Origin: the human T2T-CHM13v2.0 reference genome, Homo sapiens
DNA length: 64,000 bases
Assembly: GCF_009914755.1 (NCBI RefSeq)
Contig: NC_060937.1
Reading direction: 5' to 3' (one strand)
Shown here: piece after piece, positions 13,941 through 28,249 of the stretch
Position numbering within the stretch: the stretch's first letter is position 1
Layout of the letters: each line of letters begins with the position of its first letter
Notes under the pieces: model-generated
What the model was told of the DNA's origin: nothing
What the model saw: only the letters and a program-made list of their open reading frames with translations
Databases searched by the model: none
Program-made: the position numbers and the translations under genes

Positions 13941-14838
13941 TTGACAGTTCTGGTTACTAGTGCTACATAATAAATTATAGTCATTCCTCTATATCCGTGG
14001 GTGACTGGTTCCAGGAACCCCTGCAGATACCAAAAATCTGCAGACATTCAAGTCTGCTATATAAAATGGTGCGGTTTTTGCCTATAACCTACACACACCC
14101 TCCTGTATACTTGGCATTATCTCTATCTCTATAGCTAATACAATGTAAATGTTGTATAAATAGTTGTTATACTGTAATTTTGTAATTTTTTTTTTGAATG
14201 TTTGATCTGCAGTTTATTGAAACCAGGGATGTGGCCCATAGATACAGAGGGAGGGGCAACTGTAACCCAAAACTTAGCAGCAAGCATACACATTATATTG
14301 AGCTATTAGGTTCTGTGAGTCAGTAATTCAGGCATGGCTTCCTGGGAATGGCTTGTCTCTGCTCTGTAATGTCAGGGTTCCCAGCTAGAAGACTCAAAGG
14401 CTGGGGGTGAATCAATAACTGGGGGCTGAAGTCATCTGGAGGCATCTTCGCCACATGCCTGGTGGTGGATGCTGGCTGCCACCTGGCACCTCAGCCTGTT
14501 GGCAGGAGCACCTACAAGTGGCCTCTACCTGTCCCTGGGCTTCCTCATTGCATGGAAGCTTAGGATGATTAGACTTCTACATGGCGGGTCAGGGTTTCGG
14601 GAGTTGAGTGTCCTGGCCAACAAAGCAACGCCGCAATGTCTCTTCTAACTCAGCCTCAGAAATCACACGCGTTACTTCCACTGCATTCTCCCATCGATAA
14701 GCAACTCACAAGTGGCCCAGGTTCACAGAGGAGAGAATTTGACATTCTTTCCTGAAAGGACTGTGGCAAGGTTCTAGAATAGCATGTAGGATACGAAGTT
14801 GCATTGCAGCCCTCTTTGGAAAATTCAATCTGCCACCT
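13941..14838 (-). mobile_element. MLT1 (ERVL-MaLR) solo LTR, split by MER2
   Basis: gttactagtgctacataataaatta | acccaaaacttag... continues across the insert. Also aagtcatctggaggc, gggcttcctca, and end aatctgccac. Confidence 0.75.
13978..14264 (+). mobile_element. MER2 (TcMar-Tigger) nested in the MLT1 LTR
   Basis: atatccgtgggtgactggttccaggaacccctgcagatacc...tataaaatgg...gatacagaggg...caactgta, with TA flanks. Confidence 0.8.
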
Positions 14839-17800
14839 CAATTCAAGAAAATCACTGATGAGAAATAATGGGGAAAATATCATTTGACTCACTCATTACT
14901 CAGTATATACCAATTCCAGTTGATTGATTCAGTTTTTCACTTGTTAATCAGTTGTTTTGTATTTGGAAGGTCCAATAAAATCTCCCTTTCCCCCTTGTAT
15001 TCTTTTTCATTTAAAAAAATAGTGTTGAGAAAAGATAAACAATGTATAAGAAAGCAGAAATTCCTAAATGATACTTCAGAATAGCTTAACTAAGAAAATT
15101 ATTTTGTGAAAATGCAAATTGAAAAATACATTTTAGGATTTTGTGCTTGTGTCATGAAAGGCAAGATTCAGACTTCAGACTCTGTGAGCTGGGAGGTTTT
15201 AAAAGATTCTAGAACAATTAGAGAGACTGGAAGTCACTTCTTAAGCCATGGCTAGAAGATTTCTGGCAAGAAGAAATTAATACATTCCTCAAAATATGGA
15301 TATGTGTGTGAGCATAGCTATAAGACATATGCACTAGAATACTGCACTGGTAAAATGGTAAATAGATTTCCTAAAGTATTAAAATATTATGTGTCCTCTG
15401 AGAGGAAGCTTGGCTCTGTGTAATTACTAATCTTTGCTAATTTTTGTAATCCTTTGCATTTCAGATATTATTTGGCAATATAACCCTGAATGTTTAAGCT
15501 CTCACGTTTGTTTTTCATAACTATATAACCTTTCCAGTGACACTTTAAGAGGAAATGGAAAGTTGCACCGTACATCTCAAACCCATAACATATTAGTAAA
15601 TACTTCAGAGCCAAAAGTTAGCTTATACCATATCCTAGTAAAATGTCGCCTTTTAAACCATTCTGCAAGTCCAAGTCCTTTAAAAAAATCTATTATCTTC
15701 ACAAAGGGATATTTAGCTAGTGGAATTATAACTCCTTGGCTTGGCTCATGAATTGTGCTTGCTAAATGAAGCTTCCTCAGAAATCCATGTGGCCTTTACA
15801 GGGCTTTTAACTCCAAAAAGGCAAACCCTGGCTGGGCCCACTAATAGCGAGCACATATTATTTTCACGCACTTCCATTTGCGTGTGCAAATACCCATATT
15901 TGCTCATGGAAATTGCCCAGGCAAGCAGCTGATAATTTGGAAAAAGGACAGCCCTATTCAGCATGCACCAATGCATGAAGAAACACACGCTTTCAGTGCA
16001 TGAAGATTGCCCAATCTGTGGGTAGTTCAAGGAGAAAAAAAAAAATGAATGTTCTTGTATGCTTGGCAGGTGAATTGACAAATAAGGAGGATGCACTTAA
16101 AGGAGGCTGCTAAAAAGTTAGCATTATTTCACAGTAATTTTATTCTAGCTTTGCTTATATAATTCACAGTCGTTTTTCAGCTTGGGGAAAAAAACTAGGC
16201 TGAAGACAAGAATTAACTACTCTATTTCCTCCTCTTTAATTTCCAGTGTCGGTTTTCACGGTTATTTTTGTTCTCTGTTTCTGCCTTCTGTGAATACATG
16301 TATGTGAATAACTCTCCTTTTTGCTCAGTTGAAATATATTTGGCAGTGTGAAAACCAGCTTCTCTCGCTTCTGCTACTTTAATTACCTTTGTTAATTCTG
16401 CTGGCTCTTTTCCGCCCCCACACTTCACCATCCGTCCACTTCCTTATCAAACTGGTGACCTATTTTTCTTTCCGTAACACTCATTATTCTATCTCTTAAA
16501 AAGTGGGCTGAATGGAAATGGGATGGGGAACTAAAATATTGATGCATGGCAGCGTTATTGTGTGCTGCTTCTGGGTGGCCCAGTTTCTTCAGGAGTCACA
16601 CTGGTAGCAAGTAGAGTCTATTTGTAATAATAACACAAATATCACTCTTTTTCCCCTCCAATAATTAAGACCTCTGTAAAGCCCCTCACCTCCATGTATT
16701 TCAGGTGCCTCCAATTGGCTCATACATGGGTGTGGTTCCCCAGCATGCTATACCTGCTGACTTCAGCACCACATATTGCATCTCTACAACATGCCATTGC
16801 CCCTCCAGAACATACATCTCTAGTTGCCAGACACTGGGTCTGCTGGATATGGCACTAACTTTGGGCACTAATGTCCTTACACACACTGTAACTTACTACT
16901 ACTGCTAATACATCTGAGCCCATGAAGAACCAGTGTCATTGGCTGTTGACCTAAAATGGATAAGAATGGCTCTCTCTCTCCTCATGTATTACATTATGTT
17001 AAACGGCTGCAACCAAAACATTATACTGTGTCTCCATTCTTCACTTTGTCAAACATGTCTTTTTATTTTAACTTACAGATCCTGTTCAAGAGTCACTGTA
17101 AGACTCAGGCATGAGTCCAGTTGGTACAGGGGGAAGAATTCCCCTGGGTAATAGACACTGCCACCTGAGAAAGGCCCAGAGACTCTCTTTCCTTCAGGAG
17201 TCCTAGGTGTTGTTATTGGATCAAGCTTCTTACGCATGGCAACTCCTTTGCATAGGATGAGTTATCTATTAGTAAGATCCCTAGTCCCTCCCAAAAAGAG
17301 ATTTTTGGGGGACCACCCCTTCCAGTCCAGCTGACAGGCTCACACATCTTTGAACCTCAGCAATCAACACAACTTGAGCTATAGCCAGGACCCCTATCAC
17401 ACTTTGTATTCATTTCTATTGGTTCTTCTGTCTGAAGTGATCATTTAGCTCATTGTTTCTCAGAGGAACAATATTAGCATTAAAGTTTTCATGGGAGTTT
17501 TGTCATTTCATATGTCATTAAGAATTACTTTTTTGGCTGAAAAGAAAAGAAAAGGGAAAAGGAATAAAAGAGAGGCAGAGGGAGATAGATAACTTGCAGA
17601 GTCAGCATTAGGAGTAATCTCCCAGCCACCCACTGTGAGGGGATTTACTCACTGTACCTTCAGATTCACAAGTCACTTCAGAGAGAGAGAGGCAAGAAGA
17701 TAACTCCTGTAAATGTCAGTCTCTTAGATTACCCTGTTGTTAAAAGGGTTATTTTACACGCTGAATATTTTTTTAATCTGATTAAGATAAAATTAAGATT

Positions 17801-17914
17801 GAGATTAAGATAAGACTAAGTGGGTATCCACTTGTTTAAAAGAAAATGGTAATAAGGGAAGAAAAGATTTAAAAGGTTAGAAGAGGGGAGAAGAAGGGTG
17901 GAAGAGAGAGAGAT

Positions 17915-18597
<683 letters not shown>

Positions 18598-19419
18598 TTG
18601 AGGTATTTCTTTGATAAGGTATTTATCCAAAAAAGTTTGAATAGGTACATCAAACGTATTAGTTTAAAAAGGTCATAGTTTTGGTCAGGGTACAAAAACT
18701 GTACCATAAATAGGGCAACCATTAGGCTGGCCAAATTATCTCAGCTTATAAGGGAAAATGAAAACAAAAGATAAAGAAATATATAATGACTTATCTCTGA
18801 AACTAATGTAAGCTGTCATTATGCAAATTTTTAGTTTCTTCATGGAGGTGGCCCAATTGTATAAAAAATGCACAATTTTATTATAAAAATAACTATAACT
18901 CTGATGCACAAATGTTAATAAACCATGTCTTATTGGTAACAAATAAAGTTCCCTTCATCCAACTTTTCAAAATTAAGGCTTATTAAAAAAAGGAGGATAT
19001 TAAAAATTACCTATTTAGGTCATGTTTTATTTGCTGTTCTTAATTTAAAGAATACTTTCATTTAGCAATAATAGTCTATTTTAAAAGTATTACATGGATA
19101 TATCAACCATTCCAAATTTCTACTAATGGAAACCACAGTTATTTTGACTGAGTATAATTTGTTCTAACTTTGATGAAGAGTGTGTGTATGTGTGTTTTAA
19201 TAAAGTCTGTATCATAGCTCTAATATTAAAACTAGGACTAAAACAAGACACACATGATTAATAAATATCCTTGGGCAACTGGAAAGCTTATTTCATATAT
19301 GAGAATGTGTACTAAGTAGACATTCTAAAAGTTGCTCATAGAAGGACTCTATCATTCCCAATTGTTGAACCATTAAATCCATTACATGATGATACAGCAT
19401 TTTAGATATTTATTATAAA

Positions 19420-19500
19420 TTTTCCTTATATTTTTCCTTATATATTTTATATATATATATAAATATATATTTATATATATTTCCTTATATATTTCCTTAA
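19420..19500. repeat. AT-rich low-complexity repeat with (TA)n and tttccttata units
   Basis: Directly visible. Confidence 0.8.
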
Positions 19501-21484
19501 CATACAGCATAACTTTGGGCAATCATGTAAATGTGGGTGTTTCACTTCTGATAAGAAAATGTAAAATATGAAATGTGTTTAACCATGCTGGATCATTTTC
19601 ATGTATTGAAAAGAATAAACAGTGAACTTCTGTTTCCAAATTGCTCACTATTTAAAACTCAGTGTAACTCTTCATTTATCAGATTTATCTTGCTCATTCT
19701 TTGTTAATTAAGAAATGCTTAAAAAAATCAATCTCTGGTCAAATTCATTTTGCAGTTAATAGGTGCCCATATAGCAGCTTACTGTCTAATTACTCCATGT
19801 ATGTGTTACCCGGCCTATGTTCCATTAGTAAACATTTAAAATTTAAACAGGGTAATTTGTTCATATTACAATAAAATCTTTACTTCTTTTCACCTGAAGC
19901 ATATTCAGCATGGGTCAGAGGTTAATGAAAGTCTAGATGAACATCAATAGTGAGGTTAACTTCAGTTAAGCTGTAGAATCTGAGGTCCAGGATCATGTAC
20001 CCTTTGGTAGCTTATTTTTCCTACCTGCGTAGTGGGGTTATAGAAAAATTATAATTTTAATTGATTATAAAATTGACCATGGTAAGGACCTGTCTCATTT
20101 TCAGCTTCCCCTCTAAAAACCTAAAACACTCTAAATTTGCTGTACTTTAACCAGGTAACCTCCCCGGCATTCACTAAAGTTGCCAATGGTCTGTCTTCCT
20201 AAATACCTGGCACTAAGATATAGTAGATGCTATATTAATATTGAATGAATAAATGAATGGAAATGTCCTGTTTAAAAGGCCAAACAATTCCTTCCTAAAA
20301 TCCAGTCCAAATTCATTTAATCCAATCCTGTTTGTTTCTCCTGAATGATTTTTGGTACCTGAGTGATGTGTTAATATTGATGCTGAAAATAAGATGTTAT
20401 TGCTATCTTTATTACTTTCTGACAGCTTTCTCAAACATTTGCTCCAATGTTTTCTTCTCCTCGTTATGTTTTTCCAGCAGCCCACTTTCTTGGGTCTTGG
20501 ACTGTCCATCCTCTCAGTACCATACTTAACCCAAAGACAAATCACTGTCCCATTTCCTCTCATATGTTAAAAAAAAAAAAAAATCTGCTCAAAAAGAACA
20601 CACTCTGCGTTTTTATTTATCCTCATAGTTTCACACATGTAGCAATTTTATGTCCAAAATACAAGTTATTAGAAATTCTCTTTGAAGAGAGAAACATTAA
20701 AAATGTGATTAAATCATTTTATTAATCCACTTTACACTGGGGTTCTTTTCTAAAATCAGACAGATCACATGAAAAATTTTAAATTATAAAATATCATATT
20801 TCATCCACTTTATTCATCTATAAGTGGCACTGATCAAAATAATTAATATACTTTATTTTTAATGTTTTATAAGGTAGGCTTGATTATCTCTCTTTCAAAC
20901 TGAATGTGCAAATGTCACCCTTTTATTTTTTTTTTCAAGAAAATTGCAGCCATCATTATCAACCCAAAAGAAAGATCTTGGTTCTAACTAGTAAGGGTTT
21001 CTTTGCTGCCCATAACTTTGCTTGCCCGATAGTTACCCAAAACTCTGATTAATCTGAGTTTTATCTAGTTTTACATCTAGGTAATATTTATCTAGAGCCA
21101 AGGGGTCACACCTAGTTTGCCAGTCTCTGAAAAGAATCATTCCCAACACATCTGTTTCAGCATCATTTATGCTAAATTATTGAAAGAAAGATTAAAAAGA
21201 ATTAACGATTTTGCTTCCACAAGTCCTAGGAACCTTCTCCTCCTCCCACCCCAGAAAATGCACACTCAGACATGTACCCCAGACCTGGCCTGAAAGCCCT
21301 GGGGTTTCACACACCCTCTGAAGTTCATCCTCCAAACATAGATTTTTTTAAATCCCAGCTTTAGTCAGAGGGTAACAAACCCCAAGACAGTGGTGCAAAA
21401 CTTGTGATGGGGAACTATGTCAAGCTGTATGGAGATTTTTAGAAACTTCTGTTGTTTGACTGAATGGACTCATTCTTTCAACAA

Positions 21485-21795
21485 AAACTTTTTAAGCCAT
21501 TACTATGGACTAGATAGATTCAGGGATATAGCAGTGAACAAAATCATCAACGGGTCTCACAGAATTTACATTGTAGATAAAAAAGATTAAGACATCTAAA
21601 AGAAAGGTCCAAAAAAAATTTAAGAAAACCATAGTAAGAAGCTCAGATGCTATGGTGGGCAAAGAAACAGATGAAGCGATTTGATCAGGCAGAATTATGG
21701 TGCCTTTCCATGGAGAGGGAGCTAAGGTTAAAACGTCTCTGAGGAGCACAGCCACAAACAGCAGCACTAAAATGTTCATGTAGGCTTAGCAGTTG
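21485..21795 (-). mobile_element. L2 fragment
   Basis: gggatatagcagtgaacaaaa...ctcacagaatttacattgtag resembles the L2 3' region. Confidence 0.55.
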
Positions 21796-22044
21796 GCTTC
21801 TTCAGCAGAGAAATGGAGGGATATTAAAGGAATGCTGTCTTTACCCAAGTTTCTTCTCCAGGGACTGAAAAATGCCAACTTTACCCTCAGTCCTCAGGCT
21901 TTAAATCCCATCTCTAAAATCTTCATGTTAAATGAAGGGCGGGGCAGGGTAGGGTGGGGACATTTTTTCCATGGCAATGTAAATTCTCTTTTAAATAAAA
22001 GTTTGTCAGTATTTATCGAAAGCCTTAAAATTCTTAGAATTCAT

Positions 22045-22278
22045 TGACACTCATGTTTGTGCAAAAAGCCATATGTGCAAGAGTATTTGTTTTTGCTGTG
22101 TTTATCTCAACAAAAGAAATAGCCAAACTCCATCAACAGCCCACTAATTATATCAACTTTCATATATTTGTACTTTGTTTACTGTGTGTCCATAAAAACA
22201 ACATGAGTTAGATCTATGTGTCCTAAACTGAAAGAAGCTCCAAAATACATTTTTTTAATTTCCAAAATAAAGGTACAG

Positions 22279-22320
<42 letters not shown>

Positions 22321-22515
22321 ATTTGTGTAAAAAGAAAAGGATATACTCCATATATATATCTGTGTAGAATATTTCCAGAGAGAAATAAAAAAGCTATACA
22401 AGACTGGTTGCCTATGGGGAGAAGTAGGTGGCTCAGGTGGAAGGGGAATTTATTTTTCATTATATGCTATTTGGAAATTTACAATGGACATACATTCCTT
22501 TTTTAATAAAAATAA
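22045..22515 (+). mobile_element. Old L1 (L1ME-type) 3' fragment containing (TA)n
   Basis: gtgcaagagtattt...atgagttagatctatgtg...gactggttgcctatgggg. (TA)n at about 22284-22318. Confidence 0.55.
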
Positions 22516-22927
22516 GCTGGATCCAAAAGTGACTAGAGTTTTTTTAATGCATGTCTTTGACTTGGATATTCTAAGAAGCTTTCAAAAAATTGTTGATGAG
22601 AAACATATGTATTGTAAGGATTCCCTATTAATTTAATATAGCAAAAATGTGTAACAGTAAGAGACTGTAAATAAATGATAGTTTATTCATAAAGTGATAA
22701 AATGACGGTTTATTCATAAAGTGGAATGCTTTCCAGACACAAAGAAAAATGTTATGGAAATACATTTACTGACATGAAACATTTTAATTAAATATTGTTT
22801 AAATTGAAAAAGCAGGTAATACGTGTAATGTGTGTGTATATATATATGTGTGTACATGTGTGAGTATATGTGCATGTGTGTGGGGTTAATGGTGGAGAGA
22901 CTTTGAAAACATTTTATTCTCTTGTGA

Positions 22928-23278
<351 letters not shown>

Positions 23279-23317
23279 CAGCAAAGCATTTTCACTTTCA
23301 CATTTGATTTATGAAAA

Positions 23318-23518
23318 AGGACGCAGGGTGGGGAACATCACACACCGGGGCCTTTTGTGGGGTGGGGGAATGGGGGAGGGATAGCATTAGGAGAAATACC
23401 TAATGTAAATGACGAGTTAATGGGTGCAGCAAACCAACACAGCACATGTATACATATGTAACAAACCTGCACGTTGTGCACATCTACCCTAGAACTTAAA
23501 GTATAATAATAAAAAAAG
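23318..23518 (+). mobile_element. L1PA (PA6-like) 3' end
   Basis: gggaacatcacacaccggggcc...gatagcattaggagaaatacctaatgtaaatgacgag...ctagaacttaaagtataataataaaa. Confidence 0.92.
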
Positions 23519-23913
23519 AAGGTAAAAAGGAGAAGCACAGTATAAATACATCTTGCATTAGAAAAATTGCATACATAAACATATTTGCATAGTTTGGTTC
23601 TGGAATCAACAAATAATCTTTGGATGGCAAAGTTCAGGATACCAAGGAAAAGAATTAAAGATAGAGAAGGCATGACCAAGCATTACTTAATGACATGCAG
23701 CATAGCCCAAGGTGGGGATCTATAGCAAATGATCTTAGGCCACAGGGCCAGTGTGTGGTCACTGGCAACTCTGGTAGGAGTAAGAGAGAATTAGATACAG
23801 GGATCACCAAGAAAAAGAGAGCTCTAGAAGGGTTCTGAAAGTGCTCAATAAGTTTTGCCTTGGCTGGCCTCAAATATCACCAAGTAAGAGCAACATGAAA
23901 AAAATCATGCTTA

Positions 23914-24269
23914 TGATATAGTTTGTCTGTGTCCCAACTCAAATCTCATCTTGAATCCTATAATTCCCAGGTGTCATGAGAGGGACCCGGTGGAGGGTAA
24001 TTGAATCATGGGGCGGGTCTTTCCCATACTGTTCTTGTGATAGTGAATAAGTCTCATGAGATCTAATGGTTTTATAAAGGGGAGTTCCCCTGCACACAAT
24101 CTCTTGCCTGCTGCCATGTAAGATGTGACTTTGCTCCTCATTCGACTTCTGCCATGATTTTGAGTCCTCCCCAGTCATGTGGAACTGTGAGTCAATTAAA
24201 ACTCTTTCCTTTATCAATTACCTAGTCTCGAGTATGTCTTTATTAGCAGCATGGGAACAGACTAATACA
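23914..24269 (+). mobile_element. THE1 (B/C-like) solo LTR
   Basis: TG...CA ends (tgatatagtttg ... gactaataca). Contains caaatctcatcttgaat, gtctcatgagatct and tggaactgtgagtcaattaaa. Confidence 0.93.
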
Positions 24270-25499
24270 GTTTTCTTTATGCTTACATGGAAGTTCAGGG
24301 GACCTCTGAGTTGCTTTACCTGAAATGAGATCTCTTCGTTGAGTTTGTTGTACAATTACAACATAGATGGCATATTTTTCCTGATATTTTCTAAGAGCAA
24401 AAGCTAAGCTAAAAACTCAATTTCTGACCTGAAAAGAATGCAAAAAAAAAAACTGTTTTCCTTAAAAGTTATCTTGTTTGGCAGACACGTATATCTAAAC
24501 TCCAGCAAATCTATATGAACTTGCTATTTGGAGATGCATAAAACTTGAGTAAGTCTAATTTGTTCTGTGGATGTTTTAACCCTCAATCAACCTTTAAGAG
24601 TATTTTATTTCTTTTCCTCTTTTAATCTGTTTAAGGGGTATGGGGAGAAATAAGATCCCTTAAGTATACTATTTAGGTCTTTCCCCTCTCCTTTCTAAGA
24701 AGCTCATAAATCAAAATAGAAAAAAAATTCACACTTCTTCCCTCTCAGCAATATTTATTGAGGACTCAGACTGTGTACACAGCTCAATCTCCCAGATACT
24801 ACAAAGAGAAATAGTATAATTATCCCCTGCCACAGGGCGCTTACAGAGAGAAACAAAAACATGTGCTCCATAGGCTGTATGCAAAGGAAACTTCTAAAAT
24901 ATAAAACCAATTGCTCCACGTGTGTGAGTTTATATATTTCCAACTCAAAGCCATAGAGATTCCACAGAATAGGACAAATGAGCCTAAGAAAAAATTGAGA
25001 TCTTAAATTGCATTTAAAATCTGGTTTCTGAAAAGATTCTCATACAAGAAATGAACAGAGAATAAACAAAACAAAACAAAATACATTCGATGCCAAGTGC
25101 TAAACTGCTCCATATAGAAATTAGTATCATAGGACTGACATTAATATCATTGGGTTAGGAGTCTTTTTTTTTCCTTCTTTCATTGAGATCTAGTATGCAC
25201 ATAGTAAAATGCTGGAAATGCACTAATAAGCATATGGCTGAATAGAGTTTGGCACGTGTAACCAACACCCACATCATGATCTAAAACATTCCAGCACTCC
25301 AGCAGGCTTCCTCTTGCTTCTTCCCAGTCATATTGCACACTCCATACCTAAAGTTCATCATTGGCCTGTGCTCTGCCAGACACAGGAGACTGACAAAGAA
25401 AAAACTCTCTAGTGTGGCCATTAAGAAGAAAGAGAACGTAATTTCATGAAAGCCAGCAGATGAGAATAGGAGACGGTAACAACATGGTGGCACTAGGAG

Positions 25500-25850
25500 C
25501 GTGTCAGAGAGGTATTTGCACATTTCCCTCGCCCAGCCTGAACACTGCTCCCTCCACCACCAACACTGGCCAGTTCCCACTGTCTCCAGAGCCAGCTCAG
25601 AGGTCCTTTGTAAAAAGCCTTTCCTATTCCTTCCAGCACAGGGAACTGCATCTACTATGTGCTCCAGAGTTCCCTGCATTTAGCTCTGTCAAAGTCGTGT
25701 TTGCACCATTTTGTTTGTAATCACGCATATGTCTCCCTTTGAAACTGTGTGTCTCTTGAATAATGAAATCCGATTGTATTTGTTTTTGTGTACCCCCCAC
25801 AAACTCCTAGCAGTCACATGCAAACAAATATGTACATTCTATATATATTA
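25500..25850 (+). mobile_element. L2 fragment
   Basis: ccagctcagaggtcctttgtaaaaagcctttcc...ctatgtgctccagag...aactgtgtgtctcttgaa is L2-like. Confidence 0.5.
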
Positions 25851-27016
25851 TGTTTCATAGCTGAATTAGTTGAAGGAAGAGCCAGAAAACCAGTGATTAA
25901 AAGACTATGTCCTAGTTCTTTTTCTTCCACCACTACTAGAACACTTTAGGAAGTACACACAGTTTTTCTGTTTCTTCCTTTTATTCTCATTTACTACAAA
26001 TTAAATTTGACGATTTTGCCCACTGATGTACTTCCAGGGCCTAGACTACATCCTGGAACTCGATAAGCCCTTAATAGATATTTTCTAAATACCTGAATGA
26101 GTGGGTGAATGAATAAAAGCCTCCCCTTGCACAGTTATTGTAAGGTCATGCCTTCTTGATCTCTCAATTATAAGGGGATATAAATATTCAGCTGCTACAT
26201 ACTGTATTAAACGTGAAATCAAATGTGATGGATGAAGAGTTCTATGTGTTATTGATATTGAAAAGAAGACATGAGTGTCATTTTACATGACTGTCATCAC
26301 TGCCGTTATTGTACTCCTCCATAGACCTGCAAATCTTGTGGGTGAGCAACATGCTGGATAATTTTCATGGAGCAACTCATGCATCCACAAATCCTTTCAG
26401 CTTTGGGAAAAAATGTGGACTCACAGAAATATTCATTTTTTCACTCTCTGATTTAGTATGTTTTCTCTCTTGTGCACACATATTTTCACACTCCTTCTCT
26501 TCATCTCTTCACTTCCTTCTAAAGGTTGATTGCCATTCCCCAGTGCATTTCCGTAAATCTTGTAAGTACACAATATCAGTCCTCTTCTCATGATAACTGC
26601 CAGCTTAATGTGTGTCTTAGTGGGACCCTGTGTTCCCCTCCCATCCTGACACACCCATCTTGACACACCATACCTAGATTCTAATCCAGGCCTCTCAGAA
26701 TCTCATCTCTATTGGAAAAAAGTCCTAATCCTTTCCAGAAAGTTCTATGAACTTCTTAAGTTAAATTAAGACCTGCCCTTTTCTAACACATCCTTAGTCC
26801 CCAGAAGTCTGAGTCAGGGTGAAGATTCAGAGGTCTCTAGCTTAGCCTGCTGATTTAGAAGATTGTTCTTCCATTCTGTATGGTGCCAGCTCAGTCCCAA
26901 AGATTTACACAATTGCTTTGTGTCCATGCCTACTCACCTCCAGTTTCTCCTCCACCTTTTGCTACAGTGACCCCAAACTTGGCTTCTGGTCAAGATGACA
27001 CAATAGTCACACATTG

Positions 27017-27267
27017 ATGCAAAATGCAGAGCAATAACATAGGCTTAAAATATATTTTTAACGTATTTTTAAATATATATTTTAAATATATATTTTAATA
27101 TGTATATTTTTAAACCTATGTTATTACTCTTCATTTTGGATATATTTTTATATATTGTATTGAATATTCAATAAATATAAATAGAATATGTGTATATATA
27201 TACACATATGTGTATTCAATAAATATAAATAGAATTTATATTCAATAAATATAAATAGAATATATGT

Positions 27268-27300
<33 letters not shown>
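27017..27300. repeat. AT-rich inverted repeat followed by an AT-rich tandem repeat and (TA)n
   Basis: Arms 27017-27054 and 27103-27141 are reverse complements. tattcaataaatataaatagaat occurs three times. Confidence 0.85.
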
Positions 27301-27301
<1 letters not shown>

Positions 27302-28249
27302 AGGAAAAGGAGAAGAGCTGGCCCTTGAGTAGGGGCTGTGGCCAAGCACAGGAACCCAGCTGCAGTGACTGACAAGAAACTATTGTAGTTCCTAAGGCAA
27401 TGAAATAGGATTTCACACGAACATAATAGATGGAGAGAAACAATCCTATGGAGGTTGTGGAGGCAGAGATGCCACATATGTCAAGTTAAAATCTTCTGAC
27501 AGTCATAATTTTATTGTAAAAAGAGAATATGCCCTAACATCAGGAACAATAACACCCATGTTGAGCGACCCAGTTCAGTGGTGGAAAATGAAGCCATCGA
27601 AGTGAATTTTAGAACAATCCCTTCACATGTGCTATTAAATGTACTTATTCCATCTACAAGGTTTTCTATACTAACAGCTCTACTGAGAATGCCAAATTCC
27701 CAATTGCACCTAAAATTACATTGAAATTGCTGATGGCTGTGAACTCCCTAGAATGTTAAATAAAATAAAATCTAATACAACGCTAAATTTTTTAAACATG
27801 TAATTCCCATAGTTAGAAATTCTTTCATATTTTCTGTTGCCTCTATGCAGTTGCAAACTATGAAGTTCATTGAAAAGCTGATTACTGTCAGAGTTGAAAT
27901 TTGGTCCCTGTATAAATAAATCAGTTCAAGATATTTTCACAAACTAAAAAATTAACAAATATGCCAATTTGTTATCAATTTGTTATACCTTATCCCTTGG
28001 TGAGACTTTAAGTTACAGCAGTAACTGTACAGTAAATGCTGAGAATTAAGTTTAAATGTGTAAGTACCACATATAAACACAGACTACCTACTGACATGTT
28101 TGTAGTGCCTTTTAAAAAAAAACTTGTTCTGAATTTATTATACTTATGGCTAGCATTGCTCGGATTATACAAATATTTCAGCATAAACGTGCTTTAACTT
28201 AGTTAAGACATTGATTTTTATGACAAATACATAAGAATTGATCTTCTGT

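Noticed and set aside
16701-17151. Overlapping 61-72 aa ORFs after a tttcag acceptor-like site
   Set aside because: No recognisable protein and no convincing donor. May be a decayed LTR-type sequence I cannot name.
22674-22723. Short tandem duplications here and at 2448-2470, 27965-27986, 29030-29095 and 33782-33840
   Set aside because: Ordinary slippage duplications of 11-35 bp with no higher-order pattern.
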